Assembly (NCBI GenBank): GCA_045598585.1
Contig: JAZLMG010000027.1
Location: 4,380 to 68,379, forward strand
Length of the DNA stretch: 64,000 nt
Source: Kiritimatiellia bacterium
GTDB taxonomy: Bacteria; Verrucomicrobiota; Kiritimatiellia; RFP12; UBA1067
Reading direction: 5' to 3'
The position numbers and the translations under genes were made by a program. Positions 53,067 through 62,995 of the stretch are shown here, in pieces. Under the pieces are notes generated by a model. That model was not told the origin of the DNA. It saw only the letters and a program-made list of their open reading frames with translations, and searched no databases. Within the stretch, counting starts at the first letter, position 1; the number at the start of each line of letters is the position of its first letter.

Positions 53067-53072
53067 ATTAGA

Positions 53073-55013
53073 ATGCTGATTATGAAATATGCATTGATGT
53101 TCGTGTCGATTGCTTTCGCGGCGCTTTTTGTTGACGCAGTGGAGGTTCCGTCTGCACGTATCATCACAGCAGTAGGCGATATTGTCCTTCCCAGTAGCGG
53201 ACCTGCGAAGGCGGTAGTCAGGAAGGCCGATCCGAAAGCGGCGCGACTTTCCGAGCGTAGCGCGGCGAAAACGAAAGTCTTCAACCCGGTTAGACTTGGG
53301 AATCTGGCTGCGCGGCGAACCGAGATTGCAGGAAAGAATTATACGCGTTTTTTGATTGAACTCTCCAACAAGGGGACCGTCCCCATTAAAGTCGATGAAT
53401 TCGAACTTCTAAAGGATTATACTCCGGGAGGTGCGGGAGAGCGAGTCGGTTTCACGGACGGAGCGGTTGCGAAGTTTCCGGAGGTGAAGACTTTTATCGG
53501 CGTCGAGAATCCGCTTGCGAAAGTGACGGTCGAGAATGGTAAAGTTACGGCGATACTTGAGCGCGGTTTCGAAATTCAGCCGGGCGAAAAGTGGGCGGTT
53601 TCGTACGTTATCGGCAAATATCGCGAAGGGCAATTTCGCCGCGATTTCCACTACTACCTTAATTCGGAGCGTGCCCATCCTTATCGCGTTCTTCCGCACT
53701 ACAATTCGTGGTACGATATCAATATCGGTCGCAATGAGACGCCGGACTGGAAAAAGCGCATGGACGAAGCGGAGTCGCTCGGCGTGATGGTCGCTTTCCG
53801 TGAAGCGCTCTCGAAGCGCGGCGTTTTCATCAACTCTTATCTTTGGGATGATGGCTGGGATGATTGGGACTCGTTCTGGGATTTCCATCCCGGCTTCCCG
53901 AACGGCTTTAAGAAACATGCCGAAGAGGCCCATCGCAATAAAGGCGCGTCGATAGGCTGCTGGATGAGCCCTTGCGGTGGGTATGGTCGTGCCTTTGGAG
54001 GACGACTTAAATATGCGAAGGACCATGGCTATATCAGGCCGTCGGACAATCTCCTTCGTCTCTCGATACCGACTTGCTACGCGGCGTTTCGTGATCGTGT
54101 CATCAAGATGATCAAAGATTACGACATGAATCTCTTCAAGTTCGATCGCATGGGCTGTGGGCACGACTGCGAGGGCGCGGGGAAAGAGCATGCGCCTGAT
54201 ATCGATGGCGTCGTGCGGCTTATCGGCGAAATGCGCGAAGCGAAGCAGGATGTTTTCGTGAATGCGACGGTCGGAACTTGGGCGAGCCCGTTTTGGGTGA
54301 TGTATGCGGACTCGATTTGGCGAGGCGGAGCTGACTTCGGGATGGCGGGAGTCGGCACGGCGCGGCAGAAATGGCTTACCTATCGCGACAATGTGATTCA
54401 TGATCGTTTTGTCATGCGTAGCCCTTTGTTCCCGCTCAATTCGATGATGATGCATGGTATTATCGTCAATCGAGGAGGACCGCCGACAGTGATGGATGTT
54501 TCGAATAGTCCTACCTCGACCAGAGACTTTGCTGACGAAGTTTGGATGGGAGTTGCTTGCGGGACAGGACTTCAGGAATATTATATTACGCCGAAGCTTA
54601 TGCACGAAGAGTGGTGGGATATTTTGGCGAATGGCGTAAAATGGCTTAAAAAGAATGAGGCCGTCTTGAGAGACGTCCATTGGGTCGGAGGCGATCCTTG
54701 TTTTGGGCGACCTGCCGCAGAAGGCGCGAATCCTCCCGGCGAAGTCTATGGCTACGCGAGCTGGCTTGGCCGCGAGAAGGCCGCGAAGGGCATCGTGATT
54801 CTCCGTAATCCCTCGGATCAGCCCCAGACTTTCACGGCGCGACTCAATAAGATCTTTGAACTCCGCAATTTGCCGCGTGAAAAGGCGAAGGTCCTCAATA
54901 TGCGGGTCACATATTCTCATGATGCGAAAGTCCCGCAACCTAAAACTGCCGCGGAAGAGTTTACGATATCCTTCGGGCCTTTCGGCATCGCGTTAATCGA
55001 GTATAAACTTTAA
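53073..55013 (+). CDS. secreted glycoside-hydrolase-like protein (alpha-galactosidase/melibiase-like TIM barrel, clan GH-D-like)
   Basis: 646 aa with a signal peptide (…MKYALMFVSIAFAALFVDA). LWDDGWDDW and LFKFDRMG resemble the GH27/GH36 DDGW and KxD motifs. This is a family-level guess only. Confidence 0.45.
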   Translation: MLIMKYALMFVSIAFAALFVDAVEVPSARIITAVGDIVLPSSGPAKAVVRKADPKAARLSERSAAKTKVFNPVRLGNLAARRTEIAGKNYTRFLIELSNKGTVPIKVDEFELLKDYTPGGAGERVGFTDGAVAKFPEVKTFIGVENPLAKVTVENGKVTAILERGFEIQPGEKWAVSYVIGKYREGQFRRDFHYYLNSERAHPYRVLPHYNSWYDINIGRNETPDWKKRMDEAESLGVMVAFREALSKRGVFINSYLWDDGWDDWDSFWDFHPGFPNGFKKHAEEAHRNKGASIGCWMSPCGGYGRAFGGRLKYAKDHGYIRPSDNLLRLSIPTCYAAFRDRVIKMIKDYDMNLFKFDRMGCGHDCEGAGKEHAPDIDGVVRLIGEMREAKQDVFVNATVGTWASPFWVMYADSIWRGGADFGMAGVGTARQKWLTYRDNVIHDRFVMRSPLFPLNSMMMHGIIVNRGGPPTVMDVSNSPTSTRDFADEVWMGVACGTGLQEYYITPKLMHEEWWDILANGVKWLKKNEAVLRDVHWVGGDPCFGRPAAEGANPPGEVYGYASWLGREKAAKGIVILRNPSDQPQTFTARLNKIFELRNLPREKAKVLNMRVTYSHDAKVPQPKTAAEEFTISFGPFGIALIEYKL

Positions 55014-55017
55014 GGGG

Positions 55018-55683
55018 ATGGGTATGAATTCGGTAAATAAAATGATCAAAGGCGCGATTTTCGATCAAGACGGGCTTTTGTTCGACACCGAGAAAGTCTA
55101 TCAGCGCGCTTGGATCGAAGCGGGACGGCGTCAGGGCGTCATAATCGACCCCGCCGTTCCGCGGCGCTTTTCAGGGATGGGACGAAAGCTCATAAAAGAG
55201 ATAATTGCCGCTGAATATCCGACTCTTAATTGGGAAGAATATTCGACAACCGCTATCGAACTTGCGTGGAACGAGCAGTTATCGTCCGTTCCGCCCAAGA
55301 AGACGGGGCTTCTCGAGATGCTGGAGTTTTGCCGCGAGAAGGGGATAAAGACCGCCGTCGCATCTTCCTCGCGCATTCACATAGTTCGTCATAATCTTAC
55401 CTCTGCGGGAGTAATCGACTATTTCGACGCGATAACTACCGGAGAGGAGGTTGTAAACTCGAAGCCCGCTCCTGACATCTTCCTCCTCGCTGCGTCCAAA
55501 ATCGGCATCGAGCCGAAGGATTGTGCCGTTTTCGAGGATGCTTTTAGCGGAATCCGCGGCGCTTTTGCGGCAGGTATGAAGCCCGTCCTTATTCCCGATC
55601 AGGCCGAACCTACGGACGAGATCCTTCAAATCGCAACGGTATATCCGGATTTGCGTGCCGCCATAGATGCTTGCAGAAGCTAA
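55018..55683 (+). CDS. HAD-superfamily hydrolase (beta-phosphoglucomutase-like subfamily IA)
   Basis: FDQDGLLFDTE (DxDG motif I), SSS motif II, and a C-terminal FEDAFSGIRGAFAAGM. Confidence 0.85.
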   Translation: MGMNSVNKMIKGAIFDQDGLLFDTEKVYQRAWIEAGRRQGVIIDPAVPRRFSGMGRKLIKEIIAAEYPTLNWEEYSTTAIELAWNEQLSSVPPKKTGLLEMLEFCREKGIKTAVASSSRIHIVRHNLTSAGVIDYFDAITTGEEVVNSKPAPDIFLLAASKIGIEPKDCAVFEDAFSGIRGAFAAGMKPVLIPDQAEPTDEILQIATVYPDLRAAIDACRS

Positions 55684-55700
55684 GAGTATTATGATATAAT
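55671..55700 (+). promoter_or_regulatory. extended -10 promoter of lolE-lolD-RR
   Basis: TTGCAG, 18-nt spacer, TGATATAAT. Confidence 0.5.
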
Positions 55701-55716
55701 AGTCGCAAACGTACTT

Positions 55717-56931
55717 ATGAAGTTCGCCTTATTCCTTGCCCTTAAATACTTGAAGCCCAAGCGCTCGGTAGCGTCGGTCATTACCGTCGTGTCGATTCTG
55801 GGCGTGATGCTGGGAGTGGCGGTTGTCATCATCGTTCGAAGTGTGATGACGGGTTTCGGCGACATTTGGGAAGAAAAGATTCTCGACTTCAAGCCCCACA
55901 TCTCCATTGTCGCGCGTCAAGGCAACGTCGTTCATAACGAATACGCTTTAGCGGAGAAGCTCCGCAAAGTCCCGGGCGTCACGGCGGTCACTCCGGAAAT
56001 CGATACGCGCGTTATGCTTTCTTATCGCGGCAGAGTTTTGGCGCCTGTTATAATCGGCGTCGAGAGAGAAGACTTCGCGGCTGCCTATAAGGTCGGCAGC
56101 CCGGTTGCGGGTTCGTTCGACCTCGAGGGCGATTCGATTGTGCTCGGACGTGAGGCGGCGAGGCAGTTAGGTGTCTGGGTCGGAGACGAGGTAACCGTCT
56201 ATTCGCCGAAGACGCTCGTCGCGAAAGATGAAGTCTACCTCCCGATAAAGTGGAAGGTCGTCGGTATTTTTGCCTGTGGGCAGCATGAATACGACTCGGG
56301 ATATGTCGTTGCGTCCTTAAATAATGTCAGAGACTTGATGGGGATGGAGAAGGGTGTCTTCGCGGTTCATGTGAAGACCGACTGCCCGACCGATTACGAG
56401 AAGTTCAAGAAGATTCGTGACGCTATCCCTGTTCAGTATCGCCAAATCACCTGGCAGGAAGCGGATCGCCAAATTTTCAATGCTCTCGCGGTCGAAAAGA
56501 ATATGACGGCACTTCTCCTTTCGCTTATCTCGCTAGTTGCGGTCTTTTGCGTAATGAACACGCTCCTCGTTTTGACCGTCCAAAAGACGCCGGAGATCGG
56601 GCTACTTAAAGCGCTCGGGTTCAAAAAGCGCGAGGTCATGTCGGTTTTCCTCGTCCATGGGATGATTCAATGTACGCTTGGTATTCTCCTTGGGCTCGCG
56701 GTCTCGTGGGCGGTCTTGACGAATCTCCAAAATATCGTCGAGTTTCTCGCGCGCTTGGGGCTCGAAGTCTTTCCTGCGTCGGTTTATGGGCTTGACGCGA
56801 TTCCTCATCGCATTATCGTCTCCGATATCTTCTGGGTGGTCGGCTCGGTGGTCGTCTTCGGGCTCCTCGCCTCGCTAATCCCCTCGATGCTCGCGGCAAA
56901 CAAAGATCCTGTAAAGGCGCTGAACGAATGA
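55717..56931 (+). CDS. lolE: lipoprotein-releasing ABC transporter permease (LolC/E, FtsX-like)
   Basis: 404 aa with a MacB-like periplasmic domain between TM1 and TM2 and a C-terminal FtsX domain. Confidence 0.82.
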   Translation: MKFALFLALKYLKPKRSVASVITVVSILGVMLGVAVVIIVRSVMTGFGDIWEEKILDFKPHISIVARQGNVVHNEYALAEKLRKVPGVTAVTPEIDTRVMLSYRGRVLAPVIIGVEREDFAAAYKVGSPVAGSFDLEGDSIVLGREAARQLGVWVGDEVTVYSPKTLVAKDEVYLPIKWKVVGIFACGQHEYDSGYVVASLNNVRDLMGMEKGVFAVHVKTDCPTDYEKFKKIRDAIPVQYRQITWQEADRQIFNALAVEKNMTALLLSLISLVAVFCVMNTLLVLTVQKTPEIGLLKALGFKKREVMSVFLVHGMIQCTLGILLGLAVSWAVLTNLQNIVEFLARLGLEVFPASVYGLDAIPHRIIVSDIFWVVGSVVVFGLLASLIPSMLAANKDPVKALNE

Positions 56932-57557
56932 CGGTGCTCGAAGCTAAGAATGTAACCAAAACTTTCCGCCTTCCGGGACTAAAGCCGATTGAAGTCTTGA
57001 AGGGAGCGTCTTTGAAGGTCGAAGCGGGCGAGAAAGTCGCGATTATCGGGCGCTCGGGTGCGGGTAAGTCGACTCTCCTTAATATATTAGGGGGGCTCGA
57101 GGCGGCGACATCGGGTGAAATCGTAAGGCCCGAAACCATCGGCTTCGTTTTTCAGAGCTACCACCTTATGCCCGAGCTTACGGTCCTCGAGAATGTCATT
57201 CTCCCGACCATGGCGAATAAGGCGAAAGTGCCGCGCTCCCTTGCGCTCAAGCGAGCAAAAGAACTTTTAGGAAGAGTGGGGCTATTAGATCGTCTAGATC
57301 ACCTCCCTGCGGAACTTTCGGGCGGAGAGCGCCAAAGAGTCGCCCTCGCGCGCGCTCTTATTTTAGAGCCGGAGCTTGTTCTCGCCGATGAGCCGACGGG
57401 CAACCTCGATGCGATGACGGGGAAAGAGATTCTCACCATCTTCGAAGAACTTTCAAAAGGCATGAAGACCGCACTCGTCATCGTCACGCACTCGCCCGAC
57501 TGTGCGGCGATTTGCGATAGAGTTCTCACGATTGAAGAGGGAAAGATCAAATGTTGA
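56928..57557 (+). CDS. lolD: lipoprotein-releasing ABC transporter ATP-binding protein
   Basis: Walker A GRSGAGKST, signature LSGGERQR, Walker B LVLADEP. ATGA overlap with lolE. Confidence 0.88.
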   Translation: MTVLEAKNVTKTFRLPGLKPIEVLKGASLKVEAGEKVAIIGRSGAGKSTLLNILGGLEAATSGEIVRPETIGFVFQSYHLMPELTVLENVILPTMANKAKVPRSLALKRAKELLGRVGLLDRLDHLPAELSGGERQRVALARALILEPELVLADEPTGNLDAMTGKEILTIFEELSKGMKTALVIVTHSPDCAAICDRVLTIEEGKIKC

Positions 57558-58195
57558 TCTTGATCGTCGACGATGAGAGAATGATGCGCGACGGGCTTAA
57601 GGCGATCTTAAGTTCGGCCGGTTACAAAACACGCATCGCGAGTGACGGTTATGCTGCGATTCGCTCGATTCGCGAAGTTAAGCCGGATTTGGTGCTTATG
57701 GATGTGATGATGCCGCGAATGGACGGAGTCGCCGCTTGTAAGGAGATTCGTAAAACTGACGAGTATCTCCCGATTCTCTTCCTCACCGCCTTTGACACGG
57801 ATCAGAACGAGCTTAGAGCTTTGAGAGTCGGAGCTGATGATTTCCTTTCGAAAGACGTCCCGGAAGAAGTGCTTCTAAGAAAAATCGAACGCGCTCTCAA
57901 GCGTAGCGGAGCGATGGGTTCGAATGTATTTGCACAAAGACTCGAGCTCGGGCAAGTGACGATAGATCTTTCTTCTTTCATCGTTCTCGAGAACGGCAAG
58001 AAGATCGCGGAGCTGACGAAAGCGGAAGCGCAGATATTGCAGAAACTCCTTGAAAAACGGGGGGATTGGCTTACCGCAGAAGATTTTGAGACAACCGATG
58101 TCAGGCGCCATATCCACAATTTACGCGGTAAAATGGGAGTCGCGGGAGAGATGCTTAGAAGCGAAAGAACTCGTGGGTATACACTCGTAAAATGA
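57551..58195 (+). CDS. OmpR/PhoB-family response regulator
   Basis: REC domain (ILIVDDE…DLVLMDVMMP) plus a C-terminal winged-helix. It overlaps the lolD stop, and no kinase is in the window. Confidence 0.88.
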   Translation: MLILIVDDERMMRDGLKAILSSAGYKTRIASDGYAAIRSIREVKPDLVLMDVMMPRMDGVAACKEIRKTDEYLPILFLTAFDTDQNELRALRVGADDFLSKDVPEEVLLRKIERALKRSGAMGSNVFAQRLELGQVTIDLSSFIVLENGKKIAELTKAEAQILQKLLEKRGDWLTAEDFETTDVRRHIHNLRGKMGVAGEMLRSERTRGYTLVK

Positions 58196-58213
58196 GTTCT
58201 TGAAAATACCCCC

Positions 58214-58243
58214 TTGCGCAACTAGGGGGAAATATGGTATAAT
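58214..58243 (+). promoter_or_regulatory. promoter of tRNA-Thr/tuf
   Basis: TTGCGC, 18-nt spacer, TGGTATAAT. Confidence 0.55.
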
Positions 58244-58268
58244 AGTGCAGTTTTCGTCTCGAAAGAAG

Positions 58269-58344
58269 GCCACTTTAGCTCAGTAGGTAGAGCACATCCT
58301 TGGTAAGGATGAGGTCGTCGGTTCGATTCCGATAGGTGGCTCCA
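58269..58344 (+). tRNA. tRNA-Thr (anticodon GGT)
   Basis: Hand-folded cloverleaf: acceptor GCCACTT/AGGTGGC, D arm GCTC…GAGC, anticodon arm CATCC-TTGGTAA-GGATG, T arm GTCGG-TTCGATT-CCGAT, encoded CCA. Length 76 nt. Confidence 0.9.
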
Positions 58345-58394
58345 TTTCCCAGATGACAACACAGAAGAAAAACAACTCACAGGAGTAATAAAAA

Positions 58395-59606
<1,212 letters not shown>

Positions 59607-59720
59607 TCACTGAAGTCTTCTGTGAGATGTCTGCCCGTCAGAACCGACCGAGTGGTCGGTCGGGGCGGCGGGCGGACTCAACTTAACAAAAGACACGACT
59701 GATTCAGAAAGAACAAAGCA

Positions 59721-59870
59721 ATGCGTGATCTCGCAATTTTAGCTTGTGGCGAATGCAAGCGCAGAAACTACACGACGACCCGTAACAAAAAGACGATGAC
59801 GGAGCGTCTTGAGAAGGTTAAATTCTGCCCCTTCTGCCGTAAGCGCACGGCCCACAAGGAAACGAAGTAA
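59721..59870 (+). CDS. rpmG: 50S ribosomal protein L33 (Zn-ribbon C4 form)
   Basis: 49-aa [52 protein letters not shown], too short for the ORF track. It sits between tuf and tRNA-Trp. Confidence 0.85.
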   Translation: MRDLAILACGECKRRNYTTTRNKKTMTERLEKVKFCPFCRKRTAHKETK

Positions 59871-59885
59871 AAGTTTCCGCCCTTT

Positions 59886-59959
59886 AGGGTAGTAGCACAA
59901 TGGCAGTGCAGCGGTCTCCAAAACCGCCTATGGGGGTTCGATTCCCTCCTACCCTGCCA
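59886..59959 (+). tRNA. tRNA-Trp (anticodon CCA)
   Basis: Cloverleaf: acceptor AGGGTAG/CTACCCT, anticodon arm GCGGT-CTCCAAA-ACCGC, T arm GGGGG-TTCGATT-CCCTC, encoded CCA. Length 74 nt. Confidence 0.9.
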
Positions 59960-59981
59960 ACAAAATAGAGAAGAAGAGAAG

Positions 59982-60179
59982 ATGAACATTATCGATAAGA
60001 CGAAAGAATATCTCACCGGCGTTGCCGCGGAAGGTAAGCGTGTCAGCTGGCCCGGTAAGCGTGAGCTTTGGGAATCGACGATGGTCGTTATCTCCTTCAT
60101 TTTCATCCTCGCGGTCACGACGCTTGTTTGCGATAAGGTGATCGAAGGTTTCATTAAGCTTATTCACACGGGAGCCTAA
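59982..60179 (+). CDS. secE: preprotein translocase subunit SecE
   Basis: 65 aa with a single C-terminal TM segment, in the conserved position before nusG. Confidence 0.8.
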   Translation: MNIIDKTKEYLTGVAAEGKRVSWPGKRELWESTMVVISFIFILAVTTLVCDKVIEGFIKLIHTGA

Positions 60180-60183
60180 TATA

Positions 60184-60786
60184 ATGAATAAGCAATGGTT
60201 CGTTCTTCACACCCTTACGGGTCAGGAAAACAAGGCTCAGAAGTCCATCGAAGCTCGTGTTAAGCTCGAGCATATGGAAGAGTTCATCGGTAAGTGCGTC
60301 ATCCCGACCGAGAAGGTCACCGAGAAGAAGAACGGCAAGAAGCGCACGATTACCAAGAAGTTTTTCCCGGGTTACATCCTCGCGGAGCTCGCGCTCTATG
60401 ATGAAGAGAAGGGTGTTGACGCGAACGGGAAGAAGGCGATTTACGAGCGTACGTGGCAGTTCCTCCGCGAAACCCCCGGTGTTATCGGTTTCGTCGGCGG
60501 TGATCGTCCGATGCCGCTCAAGCAGTCCGAAGTTGACGCTATTCTCCTCGACAAGCCCGCGGGCCAGTCGGCAGAGCGTCCGAAAGTCACTTTCACCGTT
60601 GATGAAACGGTTAAGATCGTTGATGGCGCGTTCATGGGTTTGACGGGCCAGATCAGCATGGTTGATCCCGACAAGGGCAAGCTCAAGGTTGAAGTCAATA
60701 TCTTCAATCGTAAGGTCCAAGTCGACGCCGAATACTGGCAGGTTGAGAAGGTTGCTCTTGAAGAGACCCTCGAACCTGTCAAGTAA
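60184..60786 (+). CDS. nusG: transcription termination/antitermination factor NusG
   Basis: 200 aa with an NGN domain (WFVLHTLTGQENKA) and a C-terminal KOW (VKIVDGAFMGLTGQI). Confidence 0.92.
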   Translation: MNKQWFVLHTLTGQENKAQKSIEARVKLEHMEEFIGKCVIPTEKVTEKKNGKKRTITKKFFPGYILAELALYDEEKGVDANGKKAIYERTWQFLRETPGVIGFVGGDRPMPLKQSEVDAILLDKPAGQSAERPKVTFTVDETVKIVDGAFMGLTGQISMVDPDKGKLKVEVNIFNRKVQVDAEYWQVEKVALEETLEPVK

Positions 60787-60859
60787 GAGGTAGGTTTTGC
60801 GGTCCGTTTGACCGGGAAGGATCCCCGGGAGGAGCCGCACGAAAAAAAGGTAGAGGCAA

Positions 60860-61285
60860 ATGGCCAAGAAGGTTACTGGCGTGGTTAAGCTCCAGATCCC
60901 GGCCGGCGCGGCTAATCCCGCGCCTCCCGTGGGCCCCGCGCTCGGTTCTGCTGGTGTCAACATCATGCAGTTCTGCAAGGAGTTCAACGCTAAGACCGCG
61001 AAGGACTCGGGGCTTGTTATTCCCGTCATCATCACCGTCTATCAGGACCGCAGCTTCTCGTTGCAGTTCAAGTCGCCGCCCGCGTCGGTTCTTCTCAAGA
61101 AGGAAGCCGGTCTCGCCAAGGGTTCGGGCGTTCCCAACAAGAACAAGGTCGGTAAGGTCACGAAGGCTCAGCTCGCCAAGATCGTCGAGATGAAGAAGAA
61201 TGACCTCAACACCACTGACGTCGAAGCCGCGATGCGCATGATCGCCGGCACGGCCCGCAACATGGGAATCGAGGTGGTCGAATGA
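60860..61285 (+). CDS. rplK: 50S ribosomal protein L11
   Basis: 141 aa: [20 protein letters not shown]. Confidence 0.95.
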   Translation: MAKKVTGVVKLQIPAGAANPAPPVGPALGSAGVNIMQFCKEFNAKTAKDSGLVIPVIITVYQDRSFSLQFKSPPASVLLKKEAGLAKGSGVPNKNKVGKVTKAQLAKIVEMKKNDLNTTDVEAAMRMIAGTARNMGIEVVE

Positions 61286-61974
61286 GTCACGGTAAGAAGT
61301 ATTTCAACGCCCTCAAGAAGGCGCCCAAGAAGACTGTTACGCTCGAAGAAGCCGTCAAGTTCGTCAAGGACAATGCCGGCGCGAAGTTCGACGAAACCGT
61401 CGATTGCTATTTCCACCTCGGCAAGGAACTCACCAAGGGTGATACCGCCGTTCGTGGCATCGTTAAGCTCCCTCACGGTAGCGGTAAGAACGTCAAGGTC
61501 GCCGTCTTCGCCGGTGGTGACGCTGCGGAAGCCGCTAAGGCCGCCGGTGCCGATTTCGTCGGTATGGCTGACCTCATCGAGAAGGTCACCAAGGAAGGTT
61601 GGTGCGATTTCGACGTCGCTATCGCTACGGTCGAAGCGATGAAGGAAGTTCGTAAGTGCGCTCGTATCCTCGGCCCGCGTGGTCTCATGCCGAACCCCAA
61701 GACGGGTACGGTTACCGACGACACCGCTACCGCCGTCAAGGAAGCCAAGGCCGGTAAGGTTGACTTCCGTATGGATCGTACGGGTAACCTCTCGGTTATC
61801 GCCGGTAAGCGTTCGTTCGATGCCGACAAGCTCATCGCCAACATCAAGGCTGTTGTCAGCGCCGTCAATGGTGCCAAGCCCGCTACCGTCAAGGGTGTCT
61901 TCATCAAGTCGATGTCGATCTCCTCGACCATGGGTGTCAGCGTTTCCGTTAACCCCGCGATTGACGCCGAGTAA
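61282..61974 (+). CDS. rplA: 50S ribosomal protein L1
   Basis: 230 aa with an ATGA overlap onto rplK. Confidence 0.95.
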   Translation: MSHGKKYFNALKKAPKKTVTLEEAVKFVKDNAGAKFDETVDCYFHLGKELTKGDTAVRGIVKLPHGSGKNVKVAVFAGGDAAEAAKAAGADFVGMADLIEKVTKEGWCDFDVAIATVEAMKEVRKCARILGPRGLMPNPKTGTVTDDTATAVKEAKAGKVDFRMDRTGNLSVIAGKRSFDADKLIANIKAVVSAVNGAKPATVKGVFIKSMSISSTMGVSVSVNPAIDAE

Positions 61975-61988
61975 GGAGGTAATCTAAA

Positions 61989-62513
61989 ATGAGAATTGAG
62001 AAAGTTGCCATTCTTAACGAAGTCGTCGCTCGCGTCAATGATTCCGACTACACTTTCATCGTTAACTACGGTGGTGTCACGGTCGCTCAGATCGCCAAGC
62101 TCCGCGCCGATCTCCGCGCGCTCGAAAGCCGCGTCTTGATCGTCAAGAACACCTACCTCGCCAAGGTTGCGAAGGAAAAGGGTTGGAGCGAAGACGTCAA
62201 CGCGATGCTCAACGGCCCGACCGCTATCGTTACCGGTAAGGGTGAGCCCACGGCTGTCGCCAAGGCGATTATGGAATTCGTGAAGGCCTCGGGCGGCAAG
62301 GCTGCCGTCAAGGGTGCTGATTACGATAACAAGATCGTCGACGCCGCGATGGTTGACGCGCTCTCGAAGGTTCCCGGCAAGAACGAACTCCGTGCGACGT
62401 TGCTCATGCTCCTCAAGGAGCCCGCGACTCGCCTCGCTCGCGTTCTCTCCGAGAAGGCCAAGAAGGAAGGCGCTCCCGCCGAGGCTCCTGCCGAAGCGCC
62501 CGCCGCCGAGTAA
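61989..62513 (+). CDS. rplJ: 50S ribosomal protein L10
   Basis: 174 aa, positioned between rplA and rplL. Confidence 0.92.
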   Translation: MRIEKVAILNEVVARVNDSDYTFIVNYGGVTVAQIAKLRADLRALESRVLIVKNTYLAKVAKEKGWSEDVNAMLNGPTAIVTGKGEPTAVAKAIMEFVKASGGKAAVKGADYDNKIVDAAMVDALSKVPGKNELRATLLMLLKEPATRLARVLSEKAKKEGAPAEAPAEAPAAE

Positions 62514-62570
62514 AAACAATTTCCTGCAGATGAAACACGCTGCAGGTTGAAGTAAAAAGGAAAAAAGAAA

Positions 62571-62936
62571 ATGACTAACGAAGAACTCATCCAGGAACTC
62601 TCGGGCAAGACTGTCCTCGAGATCAACGAACTCGTCAAGGCTCTTGAAGAAGCTTGGGGCGTCAGCGCTGCCGCTGCCGTTGCCGTCGCCGGTCCTGCTG
62701 CCGGTGCCGCTCCCGCTGAAGAAAAGACCGAATTCGACGTCATCCTCAAGTCGGCCGGTGCTAACAAGATCGCCGTCATTAAGGAAATCCGCGCGATTAC
62801 GGGTCTCGGCCTCAAGGACGCTAAGGACATGGTCGATGGCGCTCCCAAGAAGGTCAAGGAAGCTATCGCCAAGGACGAAGCTGAAAAGATCGCCGAACAG
62901 CTCAAGAAGGCCGGCGCTGAAGTCGAAGTCAAGTAA
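62571..62936 (+). CDS. rplL: 50S ribosomal protein L7/L12
   Basis: 121 aa with an Ala-rich hinge and a C-terminal KEAKDLVDGAPK-like motif ([17 protein letters not shown]). Confidence 0.95.
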   Translation: MTNEELIQELSGKTVLEINELVKALEEAWGVSAAAAVAVAGPAAGAAPAEEKTEFDVILKSAGANKIAVIKEIRAITGLGLKDAKDMVDGAPKKVKEAIAKDEAEKIAEQLKKAGAEVEVK

Positions 62937-62959
62937 TTCATTTACTTGTTTCGCTAAAG

Positions 62960-62990
62960 GAGCCGCGGTATTTTGCCGCGGCTCTTTTTT
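62960..62990 (+). terminator. rho-independent terminator after rplL
   Basis: GAGCCGCGG-tattttg-CCGCGGCTC followed by TTTTTT. Confidence 0.8.
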
Positions 62991-62995
62991 CTCCA

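Noticed and set aside
47841-53072. The cassette array considered as a classical integron or CALIN.
   Set aside because: - There is no intI tyrosine recombinase.
- The junction hairpins lack attC R''/R' cores (RYYYAAC…GTTRRRY) and the extrahelical-base architecture.
- Every cassette has its own strong promoter.
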